Of a stretch of DNA of 64,000 bases, positions 63,580-64,000 are shown piece by piece (within the stretch, counting starts at the first letter, position 1; each line of letters starts with the position of its first letter). The notes beneath the pieces were generated by a model, which ran no database searches, was not told where the DNA came from, and saw only the letters and a list, made by a program, of their open reading frames with translations. This DNA is from an uncultured Actinomycetota bacterium. Lineage in GTDB: Bacteria > Actinomycetota > Actinomycetes > Actinomycetales > Dermatophilaceae. A program made the position numbers and the translations under genes. The stretch covers positions 62,003 to 126,002 of the forward strand of contig CAVUGH010000009.1 of assembly GCA_963740865.1 (NCBI GenBank), given 5' to 3'.

Positions 63580-64000
63580 ATGCGGATCCTCGTCGTGTCG
63601 GACCTGCACTACCGGCTGCCCCACTACGACTGGTTGGTGGAGGCGGCCTCCGACGTGGACGTGGTCGCTGTCGTCGGCGACCTGGCTGATGTCGTCAGCC
63701 CGGTGCCGCACTCGGTGCAGACCCTGGTCCTGACCAGGTACCTCGAGCTCCTCGCGGCCCGCGGAGTGGTCCTCGTCGCGTCCGGGAACCACGACCTCGA
63801 CGGGCCGGGCGCGCACGGTGAGCAGATGGCTTCCTGGCTGCGACTGCCCCAGCCTGAGTCGGTGCACGTCGACGGCGCCAGCGTGGACATCGGCGACACC
63901 CGCTTCACGGTGTGTCCCTGGTGGGACGGCCCGGTGACCCGGGAGGAGGTGGCCGCGCAGCTGGCCGCCGCCGCGGTCGACCGTCCGACTCGCTGGGTGT
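63580..64000 (+). CDS. Metallophosphoesterase (3' truncated by window edge)
   Basis: MRILVVSDLH...GDLAD...SGNHD. Confidence 0.88.
   Translation, partial: MRILVVSDLHYRLPHYDWLVEAASDVDVVAVVGDLADVVSPVPHSVQTLVLTRYLELLAARGVVLVASGNHDLDGPGAHGEQMASWLRLPQPESVHVDGASVDIGDTRFTVCPWWDGPVTREEVAAQLAAAAVDRPTRWV

Overview
High-GC (about 70% by eye) actinobacterial chromosome segment, probably Micrococcales (inferred from gene content). It carries the conserved backbone DUF5719-DUF3499-manB-Trm112-SIS-ahcY-mtrA-mtrB-lpqB-comF-hpf-secA-Rv3235-LysM, then lipid genes (WS/DGAT, patatin), pruA, pxpABC and the large NAD-glutamate dehydrogenase. An 11-kb cassette sits between lpqB and comF: a Flp/Tad pilus operon plus a two-component pair whose kinase ATP-binding domain is degenerate. 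The most striking unexplained signal is the non-palindromic motif GTATGCCG(CG). By eye I counted about 39 copies of the 8-mer and 20 of the 10-mer, on both strands, in several reading frames and as inverted pairs between genes. This distribution resembles a DNA uptake sequence, and it lies next to Tad pilus and ComF genes. The window also has several VNTR-type repeats, a clear TetR operator pair, DnaA-box-like clusters, many leaderless genes and a WXG100-like gene pair. Indels near the right end are probably sequencing errors. I saw no rRNA, tRNA, CRISPR array or IS element. All family assignments come from motif recognition, not database searches.
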